A stretch of 24,000 nucleotides of DNA from Mixta tenebrionis (GTDB taxonomy: Bacteria; Pseudomonadota; Gammaproteobacteria; Enterobacterales; Enterobacteriaceae), in assembly GCF_006517625.1 (NCBI RefSeq), contig NZ_VHQI01000002.1, positions 175,778 to 199,777 of the forward strand. The letters are read 5' to 3'. Within the stretch, counting starts at the first letter, position 1; each line of letters begins with the position of its first letter. This document shows positions 1 through 7,712 of this stretch, piece after piece. The notes under the pieces were generated by a model that did not search any database, was not told where the DNA came from, and saw only the letters and a list, made by a program, of their open reading frames with translations. Position numbers and translations under genes: made by a program.

Positions 1-2
1 CT

Positions 3-506
3 TATGCGGTTGAAGAGCAGTTTTATCAGGACGTATTCGCGCAGTACTGCGGACCGCTGCCGCCGGTGTTATGGGTACTCAATCAAGTGGACAAAACTGA
101 ACCTGCTGAGCAATGGAACTGGCCCTCCGCTCAACCATCGGCACTGCAGGCTGAACGTATTACACAAAAGGTACAAGTCGTCGCCCGGCAGTTAAAGATC
201 ACTGAAGCCGGTATTCTGCCGGTCTCGGTCCGGGGGCGTTATCACCTGTCACGTCTGGTAGAGGCGATGATAACCCGGCTCCCAAAGCAGGCCCGTAGCC
301 CGCTGGTTCCCCACCTGCAGACTGGCTATCGCACGGAAGCTGTCATCAGCACTGCCAGCAGTAGTTTCGGTGATGCCGTAGTGAACGTAATTGACCAGAT
401 CATTGATTTGGCTCCTTTACCGCAGATGGCCCGTAGTGCACTGCAGGCCGTCACTCATACCGTCGCCCGTGCGGCCCGTTCTCTCTGGGGATTTTTCTTC
501 AGTTAA
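3..506 (+). CDS. C-terminal part of a YeeP/YfjP/YkfA-family island GTPase (5' end outside the window)
   Basis: The frame is open from base 3 (YAVEEQFYQDVF...), so the tracked ORF 66..506 is only the tail of a longer gene. It carries an NKxD-like G4 motif (LNQVDK). It occupies the position this GTPase holds upstream of the DUF932/antirestriction/RadC/CbtA module. Confidence 0.65.
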   Translation, partial: YAVEEQFYQDVFAQYCGPLPPVLWVLNQVDKTEPAEQWNWPSAQPSALQAERITQKVQVVARQLKITEAGILPVSVRGRYHLSRLVEAMITRLPKQARSPLVPHLQTGYRTEAVISTASSSFGDAVVNVIDQIIDLAPLPQMARSALQAVTHTVARAARSLWGFFFS

Positions 507-564
507 CCACCTCTCGGCCGGACAACCAGAATGGTTGTATCGATAAGTCATTTTGCTTAATGAC

Positions 565-590
565 GATCGATTTTGTCGATCGAACCGATC
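565..590. promoter_or_regulatory. Cluster of three GATC (Dam) sites, each inside a CGATCG palindrome; candidate methylation-sensitive switch
   Basis: GATC occurs at 565-568, 578-581 and 587-590 within gaCGATCGattttgtCGATCGaacCGATCGgg. The cluster lies in the 211-bp gap between the GTPase stop and the next ORF. A 6-bp hairpin (GTCATT/AATGAC) sits just upstream. Confidence 0.4.
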
Positions 591-717
591 GGGTTTATTC
601 ATTATCCCCAATCAATTTCAGGTTATAGAATCCCTCAGGGACTGTTTTGTTCACCTTTTTATTCATTATAAATCAATGCGATGAATCGCAGGGTTCTTCA
701 CGTATTCAGGGAGGCAT

Positions 718-876
718 ATGCCATTAATTCTTCTGTGGGTCGGACTGGCCCTGCTGCTGGGATTTATTGCGTCCGGTAACGGTCGTTCATTCTGGGGCTG
801 GTTTATTCTTGGGCTGATTATCGACCCGATACTGGCCGGACTGTTGTACTGGCTTATAGCTAAGGACCGCACATGA
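718..876 (+). CDS. Small hydrophobic membrane protein (52 aa), not in the ORF track because it is under 60 aa
   Basis: Hand translation gives MPLILLWVGLALLLGFIASGNGRSFWGWFILGLIIDPILAGLLYWLIAKDRT. It has two hydrophobic stretches. GGGAGG at 709-714 precedes the ATG, although the spacer is short. Its stop overlaps the next ATG (ATGA). Confidence 0.45.
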   Translation: MPLILLWVGLALLLGFIASGNGRSFWGWFILGLIIDPILAGLLYWLIAKDRT

Positions 877-989
877 AAACCCTTCTGCGACTGTTTGGAA
901 AAGCAACCCGCTGGTACATCACTCTCATCATCTTTATGGCCTGCCTGCTGTTCATTATCACCACTCTTGGTGATATGGCGGGTTTCTGA
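873..989 (+). CDS. Small hydrophobic membrane protein (38 aa), translationally coupled to the preceding ORF
   Basis: Hand translation gives MKTLLRLFGKATRWYITLIIFMACLLFIITTLGDMAGF. It has one clear TM segment. There is an ATGA start/stop overlap at 873-876, and the ORF ends 12 nt before the next gene. Confidence 0.4.
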   Translation: MKTLLRLFGKATRWYITLIIFMACLLFIITTLGDMAGF

Positions 990-1001
990 CAGGAATAGCT
1001 C

Positions 1002-1466
1002 ATGAAAAAAGCACTTTTAATTACAACCTTGGTGACTACAGCTCTGATGCCTGTTGTCTCTCAGGCTTTTGGCAACCGTGATGCCTGGGTCAGCGGCTAT
1101 GCACAGGGCACTGCGGAATACATCATCCTCGGAAAATGGCAATCACAGCTTTACCTGGCCTGCGACAGCTACGGTGACAAACCTGAAATGCTCATTTTTA
1201 CTGATGAATCCGGGCGACAGGTCAGCACGGACAGTAATCAGCGCATCATGGTGAAAATTGACAGGGAAGAGGCCGCTGACGTCAGTGAAACAGCAAGTCA
1301 TGTAGGGGCGGATAATTTTGCCTGGATGTGGGACAAACTACGCACAGGTAAACAAGTAACTGTCTCCGGCGATGGCGTGAAGCCTGCCACCTTTACCCTG
1401 AAAGGCGCGGGCAAAACTTTACCTGCATATAAAGATTCTTCCTGTGTAGCTGAATTCGCCCGCTGA
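1002..1466 (+). CDS. Secreted/periplasmic protein of unknown function (154 aa)
   Basis: It has an N-terminal signal peptide, MKKALLITTLVTTALMPVVSQA/FG. AGGA lies 7 nt upstream of the ATG. I could not recognise a domain; YfjT-like is possible but unverified. Confidence 0.7.
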   Translation: MKKALLITTLVTTALMPVVSQAFGNRDAWVSGYAQGTAEYIILGKWQSQLYLACDSYGDKPEMLIFTDESGRQVSTDSNQRIMVKIDREEAADVSETASHVGADNFAWMWDKLRTGKQVTVSGDGVKPATFTLKGAGKTLPAYKDSSCVAEFAR

Positions 1467-1486
1467 TATCGCTGAAGGAATTGCTG

Positions 1487-1828
1487 ATGAAACGTATATT
1501 ACTCGCCGCACTACTCGGCCTGGTTTCGTATTCTGCTGTGGCGGCTGAAGCACCTTTTACAGTAAGTGCCGGTCCCAGCAATGCGGGGGCACTTTACAGC
1601 AAGGTCAATATCACTTCCCGGTCAGATTCGGTGGTGATAAAGAAAATTATCGTTAACCGTGGCAACTGCCAGGATGCCGAAGCCATGCCCTGGAAACCAG
1701 TCAGGCTGGGATTCGGTAATTCAGTGGACCGGCTGTTCGTCGGTAAAGGGTTTATGTCGGCCTGCAGAATACTGGAAATTGCAGTAGATACTGACCAGGG
1801 CTCCTGGTCCTTTAATACCAGCCAGTAA
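1487..1828 (+). CDS. Secreted/periplasmic protein of unknown function (113 aa)
   Basis: It has a signal peptide, MKRILLAALLGLVSYSAVAA/EA. GAAGGA at 1474-1479 lies 7 nt before the ATG at 1487. The tracked ORF starts at a TTG at 1481. Confidence 0.7.
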   Translation: MKRILLAALLGLVSYSAVAAEAPFTVSAGPSNAGALYSKVNITSRSDSVVIKKIIVNRGNCQDAEAMPWKPVRLGFGNSVDRLFVGKGFMSACRILEIAVDTDQGSWSFNTSQ

Positions 1829-1853
1829 CACTTACTTTAATTCCCCACTTACC

Positions 1854-1889
1854 AACGCCCTGCTCATCCGAGCGGGGCGTTTTCTTTTG
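1854..1889 (+). terminator. Rho-independent terminator after the secreted-protein genes
   Basis: The stem is AACGCCC (1854-1860) paired with GGGCGTT (1875-1881), followed by TTCTTTTGT. Confidence 0.6.
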
Positions 1890-1910
1890 TCTCTCAGAAA
1901 GGAAACTACC

Positions 1911-2729
1911 ATGCGTTTAGCCAGCCGTTTTGGCGCGGTGAACCTGGTTCGCCGTGACCGCCCCCTGACCCGTGATGAACTGGCACACTATGTGCCCAGT
2001 GTGTTCAGCGAGGAAAAACATGAATCACGCTCAGAACGCTACACATACATTCCCACCATCACCCTGCTTGATAATCTGCAGCGGGAAGGTTTTCAGCCAT
2101 TCTTTGCCTGCCAGACCCGAGTGCGTAATCCCGATAAGCGCGAACACACCAAACACATGTTGCGACTTCGCCGCGCAGGACAGATCACCGGCAAGCAGGT
2201 GCCGGAAATCATCCTGCTTAACAGTCACGACGGCTCCAGCTCTTACCAGATGTTGCCGGGATTATTCAGATCGGTTTGTCAAAATGGGTTGATTTGCGGT
2301 GAGTCTTTCGGGGAGGTGCGTGTGCCGCATAAAGGCAACGTAGTAGAGAAGGTTATTGAAGGGGCTTACGAAGTGTTGGGGATATTTGACCGCGTGGAAG
2401 AGAAACGCGACGCCATGCAGTCGCTGATATTACCTCCACCAGCGCAGCAGGCACTGGCAAAAGCCGCGCTGACATACCGCTTTGGTGAAGAGCACCAGCC
2501 GGTGACGGAAACACAAGTCCTGTCTCCGCGCCGCTGGCAGGACGAAAGCGGTGACCTGTGGACGACATACCAGCGCATTCAGGAGAACCTGATTAAAGGC
2601 GGCCTGCCGGGCAGAACAACGAAAGGTAAACGGGCCCACACCCGTGCGGTTAAAGGTATCGACGGTGACGTGAAGCTTAACCGTGCCCTGTGGGTGATGG
2701 CAGAAAGCCTGCTGGAGAGCCTGAAGTAA
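1911..2729 (+). CDS. DUF932 family protein (YfjQ/YafZ-like)
   Basis: MRLASRFGAVNLVRRDRPLTRDELAHYVPSVFSEEKHESRSERYTYIPT... matches my memory of the YfjQ/YafZ family. The ATG at 1911 is preceded by AAAGGA. Its position in the island fits. Confidence 0.85.
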   Translation: MRLASRFGAVNLVRRDRPLTRDELAHYVPSVFSEEKHESRSERYTYIPTITLLDNLQREGFQPFFACQTRVRNPDKREHTKHMLRLRRAGQITGKQVPEIILLNSHDGSSSYQMLPGLFRSVCQNGLICGESFGEVRVPHKGNVVEKVIEGAYEVLGIFDRVEEKRDAMQSLILPPPAQQALAKAALTYRFGEEHQPVTETQVLSPRRWQDESGDLWTTYQRIQENLIKGGLPGRTTKGKRAHTRAVKGIDGDVKLNRALWVMAESLLESLK

Positions 2730-2980
2730 TGCCGCACATCCCCGATGGCGTGATTCAGGTCACGCCACATTAATGTTCCGTGAGCCACCAGTCTGGTTGC
2801 CGCTCCATCTGTGACGACGACCTGTGCGCCTCATCTCTTTTATCGCCCCGGTGAACTCAGCCTGTGCAGCTTAAGCATCCCTGAGGGGCACTGGCCCTCG
2901 CGCTGTGATGATGATGGCTATGTGCAGTTCTGTCCTTCACTTCTTCACAACAACCCACATCAAAATACAAAGGAAACCAA

Positions 2981-3457
2981 ATGAACAACATACTCACCCT
3001 GACCAGCCCGGTGACTGAATCTCTCACTTCACCACGTACTGATGCAGACCGCATCAAATGCATGCCCGTACCCGATGAGCAGCGTGCCGCCTTCTGGCCG
3101 CAGCACTTTGGCCGCATACCGCTGTGGATAACCCTTGAGCCGCGAATCTTTGCCTGGATGGACCGCTTCTGCGCGGATTACAGCGGCGGTATCTGGAATT
3201 TTTACTCACTCAGCAACGGTGGCGCGTTCATGGCTCCCGATGCCGGCAGCGATGAACAGTGGTCATTGTTTAACAGCATGAACGGTAACGGCGGTGAACT
3301 CAGCGCCGAAGCGGCAGGGATTGCGGTCTGCCTTATGGCTTACAGCCATCACGCCTGCCGGACGGAATGCGATGCCATGACAAAGCACTATTACCGCCTG
3401 CGCGATTACGCGCTGAATCATCCTGAATGCAACGCCATCATGCACATCATCGACTGA
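2981..3457 (+). CDS. Anti-restriction protein, KlcA/ArdB-like (YfjX family)
   Basis: The segment [50 protein letters not shown] is typical of the Antirestrict (KlcA/ArdB) family. It sits directly upstream of the radC-like gene, as in CP4 elements. Confidence 0.85.
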   Translation: MNNILTLTSPVTESLTSPRTDADRIKCMPVPDEQRAAFWPQHFGRIPLWITLEPRIFAWMDRFCADYSGGIWNFYSLSNGGAFMAPDAGSDEQWSLFNSMNGNGGELSAEAAGIAVCLMAYSHHACRTECDAMTKHYYRLRDYALNHPECNAIMHIID

Positions 3458-3468
3458 GGCCAGCCACT

Positions 3469-3978
3469 ATGGAACAACAGCTACCATTGTTTGCCACCGC
3501 ACTACCGGCATCCGCACAGCAGACTATCAGGGATGCGTTAACCCTGCTGGCGTGCCAGCTACGTGAACCCGGCGCGTCATTCACGTCCAGTCAGGCGGTC
3601 CGGGACTGGCTGCGTCTACAGCTTGCCACCCTTGACCGTGAAGCCTTCACCGTCCTGTGGCTGGATAACCAGCATCGCCTGATAGCCCACGACACGCTCT
3701 TTCTGGGAACGGTCAACGCTGTCACCGTTTATCCACGTGAGGTCGTTAAATCCGGTCTGAAAAATAATGCCGCCGCTGTCGTTCTTGCGCATAACCACCC
3801 GTCGGGTGAGGCAGAACCGAGTAAAGCCGACCGGCTGATTACAGAGCGCCTGCAGCAGGCGCTTGAGCTGGTCGATATTCGTCTGCTGGACCACCTGGTT
3901 ATCGGCGGAATGGATATCGCCTCGTTTGCCGAACGCGGCTGGTTACAGGGAATAAGCCTTGATGAAAATCATCAGTAA
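3469..3978 (+). CDS. RadC-like JAB/JAMM domain protein (YeeS/YfjY/YkfG family)
   Basis: It carries the JAMM motif [15 protein letters not shown] and ends ...FAERGWL. The ATG at 3469 (MEQQLPLF) is the plausible start. The tracked ORF starts earlier, inside the previous gene. Confidence 0.85.
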   Translation: MEQQLPLFATALPASAQQTIRDALTLLACQLREPGASFTSSQAVRDWLRLQLATLDREAFTVLWLDNQHRLIAHDTLFLGTVNAVTVYPREVVKSGLKNNAAAVVLAHNHPSGEAEPSKADRLITERLQQALELVDIRLLDHLVIGGMDIASFAERGWLQGISLDENHQ

Positions 3979-4183
3979 GCGCCAGGCGATGGCGATATAC
4001 CGTCAGCATCCGCAGTCCAGGCTGTTTCGCTTCTGTACCGGCCGGTATCAGTGGTCAGGCAGTATCTGCCACTATGCCGGTCGGGAAGTGCAGGATATCA
4101 GTGGTGTACTGGCCGTATTCGCTGAACGCCGCCAGGACCGCAACGGCCCGTATGTCGTATTGCGCAGCGTTACCCTGAATTAA
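3962..4183 (+). CDS. DUF987 protein (YeeT/YpjJ/YkfH family)
   Basis: [31 protein letters not shown]...[26 protein letters not shown] is colinear with E. coli YeeT as I remember it. Confidence 0.8.
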   Translation: MKIISKRQAMAIYRQHPQSRLFRFCTGRYQWSGSICHYAGREVQDISGVLAVFAERRQDRNGPYVVLRSVTLN

Positions 4184-4205
4184 TCTATTCCTGAGGATTA
4201 CCTAA

Positions 4206-4562
4206 ATGAAAAACACCAAAAACCATGATATTGCCGAACCTTGGTGGGGACTTAAACCCACCATCACGCCGTGCTTTGGCGCACGACTGGTGCAGGAAGG
4301 CAACCGGCTGCATTATCTGGCTGACCGGTCCAGTATCACCGGAACATTCAGTGATGCGGATTTACGCCATCTCGACCAGTCGTTTCCTCTTCTGCTGAAG
4401 CAGATGGAGCTGATGCTTACCACCGGTGAGCTGACTCCACGCCATCAGCATTGTGTCACGCTATATGCGAAAGGGTTGACCTGTGAGGCCGATTCGCTCG
4501 GCTCGCAAGGCTATATCTATATCGCGATTTATCCAACACCAGGCAACAGCGTAACCCGTTAA
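4206..4562 (+). CDS. cbeA: Type IV antitoxin CbeA/YeeU family
   Basis: PWWGLKPTITPCFGARLVQEGNRLHYLADRSSITGTFSDADLRHLDQSFPLLLKQMELMLTTGEL.PRHQH.VTLYAKGLTC is near-colinear with YeeU/YfjZ. Confidence 0.9.
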   Translation: MKNTKNHDIAEPWWGLKPTITPCFGARLVQEGNRLHYLADRSSITGTFSDADLRHLDQSFPLLLKQMELMLTTGELTPRHQHCVTLYAKGLTCEADSLGSQGYIYIAIYPTPGNSVTR

Positions 4563-4619
4563 TCCCTTTCCCTGAACCATCACTCTTTTCAAACCGCCTT
4601 AATTCAGGAGCATTACCTT

Positions 4620-4961
4620 ATGCAAACCCAGTCATTATCCCCAACGCGGGAGGCTTCTTCACGCCCGTCCCCCGTAGAGATCTGGCAACGGCTTCTGGGC
4701 CACCTGCTGGATCGCCACTACGGTCTGACGCTCAACGACACGCCGTTTGGCAACGACGGCGTGATTCAGGAGCATATCGACGCCGGTATCACACTGGCTG
4801 ATGCCGTTAACTTTCTGGTGGAAAAGTACGAGCTGGTTCGTATCGATCGCAGGGGATTTAGCTGGCAGGAACAATCGCCCTACCTGCGGGCTGTAGACAT
4901 TTTGCGGGCGCGACAGGCAACGGGTCTGTTACGGCGTAGCCGTAACATCGCAGCATTGTAA
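4620..4961 (+). CDS. cbtA: Type IV toxin CbtA/YeeV family (cytoskeleton-targeting)
   Basis: [31 protein letters not shown]...[20 protein letters not shown]...[11 protein letters not shown] is the family signature. It lies immediately downstream of the antitoxin. Confidence 0.9.
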   Translation: MQTQSLSPTREASSRPSPVEIWQRLLGHLLDRHYGLTLNDTPFGNDGVIQEHIDAGITLADAVNFLVEKYELVRIDRRGFSWQEQSPYLRAVDILRARQATGLLRRSRNIAAL

Positions 4962-5027
4962 ATCTTGCGAGCCTCCTTCCCGAATTACATTCCCGATCTG
5001 TCTTCCTTATTTACTCATTGCATAATG

Positions 5028-5060
5028 CGCCTGCCACTCCCGGCAGGCGTGTTTGCTTTT
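5028..5060 (+). terminator. Rho-independent terminator after cbtA
   Basis: An 8-bp GC-rich stem pairs CGCCTGCC (5028-5035) with GGCAGGCG (5042-5049), followed by TGTTTGCTTTT. Confidence 0.6.
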
Positions 5061-5075
5061 ATACGGACAAAAATC

Positions 5076-5909
5076 ATGCAAACAGAAGCTGAAGTCTTAA
5101 CTGACCATAATGAGCTAATTTGCTCAACCAGTATTGAACGCATCGTCACAGGACGTGATGCTGCGCTGAGTCTGATAGAAATCCTGATCCATAAGCTTGA
5201 TGATATCTCACGGCTAACTTCCAGCATCGGTGGTGATGTGGCGGAGCATTGGGCGATGCGACAGGGCCATTCCTTTGACTGCTGGCTGATGCAGCCAGTA
5301 GATAAAGCGATGCCGGTGATTACCCGCAATATCGACCGCAGTATCTGGCGCGATCTCATGCTGAAGTCCGGGTTGTTGACTCTGATGGATGCCGAGGCCC
5401 GCAGTCAGTGGGCGAAGAACCTGGAGGAGGGCGATCTCCCGGCTATTAGCGAAGCCAACATCCTGAGTACATTTGAACAACTCCACCACAATAAGCAGGA
5501 TGTTTTCGAACGTGGGATTATCAATGTATTTAAAGGGTTAAGCTGGGACTACAAAACCAACAATCCCTGTTGTTTCGGTAAGAAGATTATCGTCAACAAT
5601 CTGGTGAAGTATGACAGATGGGGCTTCAGTCTGAACTGGGGCTGGCGGCGCGATCAGTTAGCCGATCTGGAGCGCATGTTGTTCCTGCTGGATGGTAAAA
5701 CCATTCCCGATAACCGGCACGATGTGACTATCCGGCTGATGGATTTTATTCGCGATAACCCGCATCAGCAGGTCTTTGAGGATGAGCTATTTACTATTCG
5801 CTACTTTCAGAAGGGCAGCGGACATATCACGTTTAAACGCCTTGATCTGGTGGAGAAGATGAATGACATCGTGGCGAAGCACTTTCCGGGGATGTTGCCT
5901 GCGAAATGA
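5076..5909 (+). CDS. DUF4942-like protein (YeeW-position gene)
   Basis: It sits directly after cbtA, as yeeW-type DUF4942 genes do. The ATG at 5076 (MQTEAEVL) lies after the terminator. The family call is from context and memory only. Confidence 0.6.
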   Translation: MQTEAEVLTDHNELICSTSIERIVTGRDAALSLIEILIHKLDDISRLTSSIGGDVAEHWAMRQGHSFDCWLMQPVDKAMPVITRNIDRSIWRDLMLKSGLLTLMDAEARSQWAKNLEEGDLPAISEANILSTFEQLHHNKQDVFERGIINVFKGLSWDYKTNNPCCFGKKIIVNNLVKYDRWGFSLNWGWRRDQLADLERMLFLLDGKTIPDNRHDVTIRLMDFIRDNPHQQVFEDELFTIRYFQKGSGHITFKRLDLVEKMNDIVAKHFPGMLPAK

Positions 5910-5953
5910 GATGTGATGTTTTTATAGGCACCTCTATGCTAATCTTAATAGGA

Positions 5954-5972
5954 GTTATTAAATGTTATTAAA
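5954..5972. promoter_or_regulatory. Tandem GTTATTAAA repeats with a 10-bp period; candidate RHH-antitoxin operator
   Basis: GTTATTAAA occurs at 5954-5962 and again at 5964-5972. Both lie between a plausible promoter (TTATAG 5922-5927, 17-nt spacer, TTAATA 5945-5950) and the AGGAGG of the antitoxin gene. Confidence 0.4.
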
Positions 5973-5985
5973 GGAGGTAATCCCT

Positions 5986-6234
5986 ATGGGTTCGCTTACT
6001 AAACAAACCATCAGCGCACAGATACCCGTTGAGTTGGCTGCTGCCGTTGAAAATCTGGCAATTGAGTTAGATCGTTCTAAAAGCTGGATTATTAAGGAAG
6101 CGTTGACCAGTATGCTGGCCGAAAGAGAACGGCGTCACCAGAGCATCCAGGCCGGTCTTGCCGATGTGGATGCCGGTCGTGTGGTGAGTCATTCGGACAT
6201 GGTGGATTTCGCTAACCGTTTAAAGAAAGCCTGA
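5986..6234 (+). CDS. Ribbon-helix-helix (CopG/ParD-like) antitoxin
   Basis: The N-terminal beta-strand/helix pattern ISAQIPVELAAAVENLAIELDRSKSWIIKEAL is typical of RHH proteins. AGGAGG lies 8 nt upstream of the ATG at 5986. The stop lies 3 nt before the toxin ATG. Confidence 0.8.
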   Translation: MGSLTKQTISAQIPVELAAAVENLAIELDRSKSWIIKEALTSMLAERERRHQSIQAGLADVDAGRVVSHSDMVDFANRLKKA

Positions 6235-6237
6235 TAG

Positions 6238-6513
6238 ATGGAAATTTACTGGACGCTTAAAGCTCAGGATGACCTGGAACGTATCTACCGTTTCGCCCTT
6301 CAGTATAGCCGCCAGCACGCCGATGACGTTTTGGATCGCCTGATTACTGGCTGCGCTGGCCTTACAGCGCATCCGGCAATCGGCGTACAGCAGACTCGGT
6401 ATGAACCTCGGGAAGTTCGAAAAGTATTATTCGATGATTACGAGGTTCACTACGAACTCCGTGACAATGATATCTATATTGTGGATCTCTGGCATACCAG
6501 AGAAGAACGATGA
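6238..6513 (+). CDS. ParE/RelE-superfamily type II toxin
   Basis: It is 91 aa. The pattern W...A..DL..I..F... then HPAIG, R.V...DYEVHYEL.DNDIYIV.LWHTRE is the ParE-family pattern. It is tightly coupled to the upstream RHH gene. Confidence 0.8.
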   Translation: MEIYWTLKAQDDLERIYRFALQYSRQHADDVLDRLITGCAGLTAHPAIGVQQTRYEPREVRKVLFDDYEVHYELRDNDIYIVDLWHTREER

Positions 6514-6548
6514 AAAGATTTTCTTTTCGTCCACGAGTGTTGATTAGC

Positions 6549-6578
6549 GAGTAAAAACACGGTTTTGTGTTTTTACTC
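6549..6578. promoter_or_regulatory. Perfect 12-bp inverted repeat (GAGTAAAAACAC n6 GTGTTTTTACTC); parE terminator and/or operator of the XRE gene
   Basis: Seen directly in the sequence. TTTTGTGTTTT occurs inside the right arm (6563-6573) and again at 6581-6591. The element lies about 50 nt upstream of the XRE gene start. Confidence 0.5.
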
Positions 6579-6627
6579 AATTTTGTGTTTTAATGGCACT
6601 TTCTACTCCTTCTGAAGGATGGATGCC

Positions 6628-7425
6628 ATGTTACAGAACAACATCAAACAGCTCCGTACCGAGCTATCTATCACCCAGCGCGAGCTGGCGTTTATGGTTG
6701 GCACCAGCCAGCAGCAAATACAGCGTATCGAAACCGGGAAAGTCGCTGCAAAGCTGAGTCTCGCACAGGCAATATCCAATGCCCTGGATAAGCCTCTAAA
6801 TGTAGTGTTTCCGGAAAGCGATCGGTTGATAAACGACTTCCGCAAGAAGCGCCGTAAAACCGATGAAGATCTTGAGGTGATAGCCACAAGCGGCATTGAA
6901 ATGGATAGCGGTCTCTGGACCGTAAAACTTTGGCTACAGGGACAACAGGACTATTTGTTGTTGCCCATTTCAGCTGCGGATAAACGGAGGTTTTATTATT
7001 ATTTTCAGGAAAAAGCCGCCCCAAACACAGAACGCTTCTTCGTTTTTGATTCTTCTGAGTATCGTTATGCGTTAAATATGCGTGAAGTGGTATTTCATCA
7101 GTTCCTGTCTGATGGCTTTGCCCCTATTGTGAGCGAAGAAGATGAGGATTACGAAGACGATTATTTTAATGTCCATATCACGCTGGTAAACGGTGGACCA
7201 GAGATACCGCTGAGTGTTGAACCTGATGTGGCAGAAAATGAAGAGATGGACGAAATCGGTCAGTTGAATGCGTTCTTTGAAACGCTGGATTGTGAGCCTG
7301 AAACAACGGATCGTTATATGATAACCGACGAAGATGGAGAGGATGCTTTTATCCGTATTGGTTCAATCGCTATGGTGCGAGTCGCATTTGATGCGTTGGA
7401 GCCTGTGGAAGAAGATGAGGAGTGA
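6628..7425 (+). CDS. XRE-family helix-turn-helix protein with a long acidic C-terminal domain of unknown function
   Basis: The N-terminus IKQLRTELSITQRELAFMVGTSQQQIQRIETGK is a canonical Cro/C1 HTH. The remaining roughly 190 aa contain runs such as SEEDEDYEDDYF, VAENEEMDE, TDEDGEDAF and EPVEEDEE. The ATG at 6628 is 8 nt after AAGGA; the ATG at 6619 is an alternative. Confidence 0.75.
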   Translation: MLQNNIKQLRTELSITQRELAFMVGTSQQQIQRIETGKVAAKLSLAQAISNALDKPLNVVFPESDRLINDFRKKRRKTDEDLEVIATSGIEMDSGLWTVKLWLQGQQDYLLLPISAADKRRFYYYFQEKAAPNTERFFVFDSSEYRYALNMREVVFHQFLSDGFAPIVSEEDEDYEDDYFNVHITLVNGGPEIPLSVEPDVAENEEMDEIGQLNAFFETLDCEPETTDRYMITDEDGEDAFIRIGSIAMVRVAFDALEPVEEDEE

Positions 7426-7569
7426 TTTTAAGTTAGCTGCGTTTTCAGAGAATCGCGCATGAGTATACATGTGAGTATATGTAGCGGTTCTCTTGTTTTG
7501 TAATCTTATTTACTTCAACGGGTTATGTTGATAATCGCGGTGCGGCCTTCGCACCATCGGAACATCAAT

Positions 7570-7593
7570 AGACGTCAACGGACGTCTTTTTTT
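7570..7593 (+). terminator. Strong rho-independent terminator (AGACGTC aacg GACGTCT + T7)
   Basis: Seen directly, 145 nt downstream of the XRE stop. It is preceded by a second hairpin, GGTGCG gcctt CGCACC (about 7539-7555). Confidence 0.65.
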
Positions 7594-7712
7594 GTGCCTG
7601 AAATCCAGCAGTTACCTATCTTTTCGCTATATTAACTCTCTCAAGATCAACCGGCTTCAACGTACATCCGCCAACACATGTTGGTACAGATGATGGTATT
7701 TCCGGTTCGATA

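Larger units (their letters stand above)
1..5909 (+). mobile_element. Distal cargo module of a CP4-44/CP4-57-like integrative element (integrase end lies left of the window)
   Basis: The co-oriented gene order is GTPase - small ORFs - DUF932 - antirestriction - RadC-like - DUF987 - CbeA - CbtA - DUF4942. This is the stereotyped order seen in E. coli cryptic prophages CP4-44, CP4-57 and CP4-6. The right boundary is approximate. Confidence 0.6.

Noticed and set aside
666-872. Tracked 68-aa ORF on the - strand
   Set aside because: Its product is Pro/Ser/Arg-rich with no SD. The + strand contains two hydrophobic, translationally coupled mini-ORFs that fit better.
2746-2767. Perfect 8-bp hairpin TGGCGTGA/TCACGCCA after the DUF932 gene as a terminator
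   Set aside because: No T-tract follows it. It may be a weak or regulatory structure, but I cannot support a call.
2857-3117. 86-aa - strand ORF spanning the DUF932/antirestriction intergenic region
   Set aside because: It overlaps the 5' end of the well-supported antirestriction gene on the other strand. The protein is Cys/His/Arg-rich with no recognisable features.
6603-7024. Antisense ORFs 6603..6896 and 6692..7024 opposite the XRE gene
   Set aside because: The sense frame has a canonical HTH and an SD. The antisense products show no features.
7690-7712. GGTTCGAT and, at 16546-16558, CTGGTTCGGGATCCAG T-loop-like strings as possible tRNA or att remnants
   Set aside because: No flanking acceptor or anticodon arm pairing could be built. 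The stems are 4 bp with non-canonical loop length. They do not match any enterobacterial tRNA 3' end I can recall.
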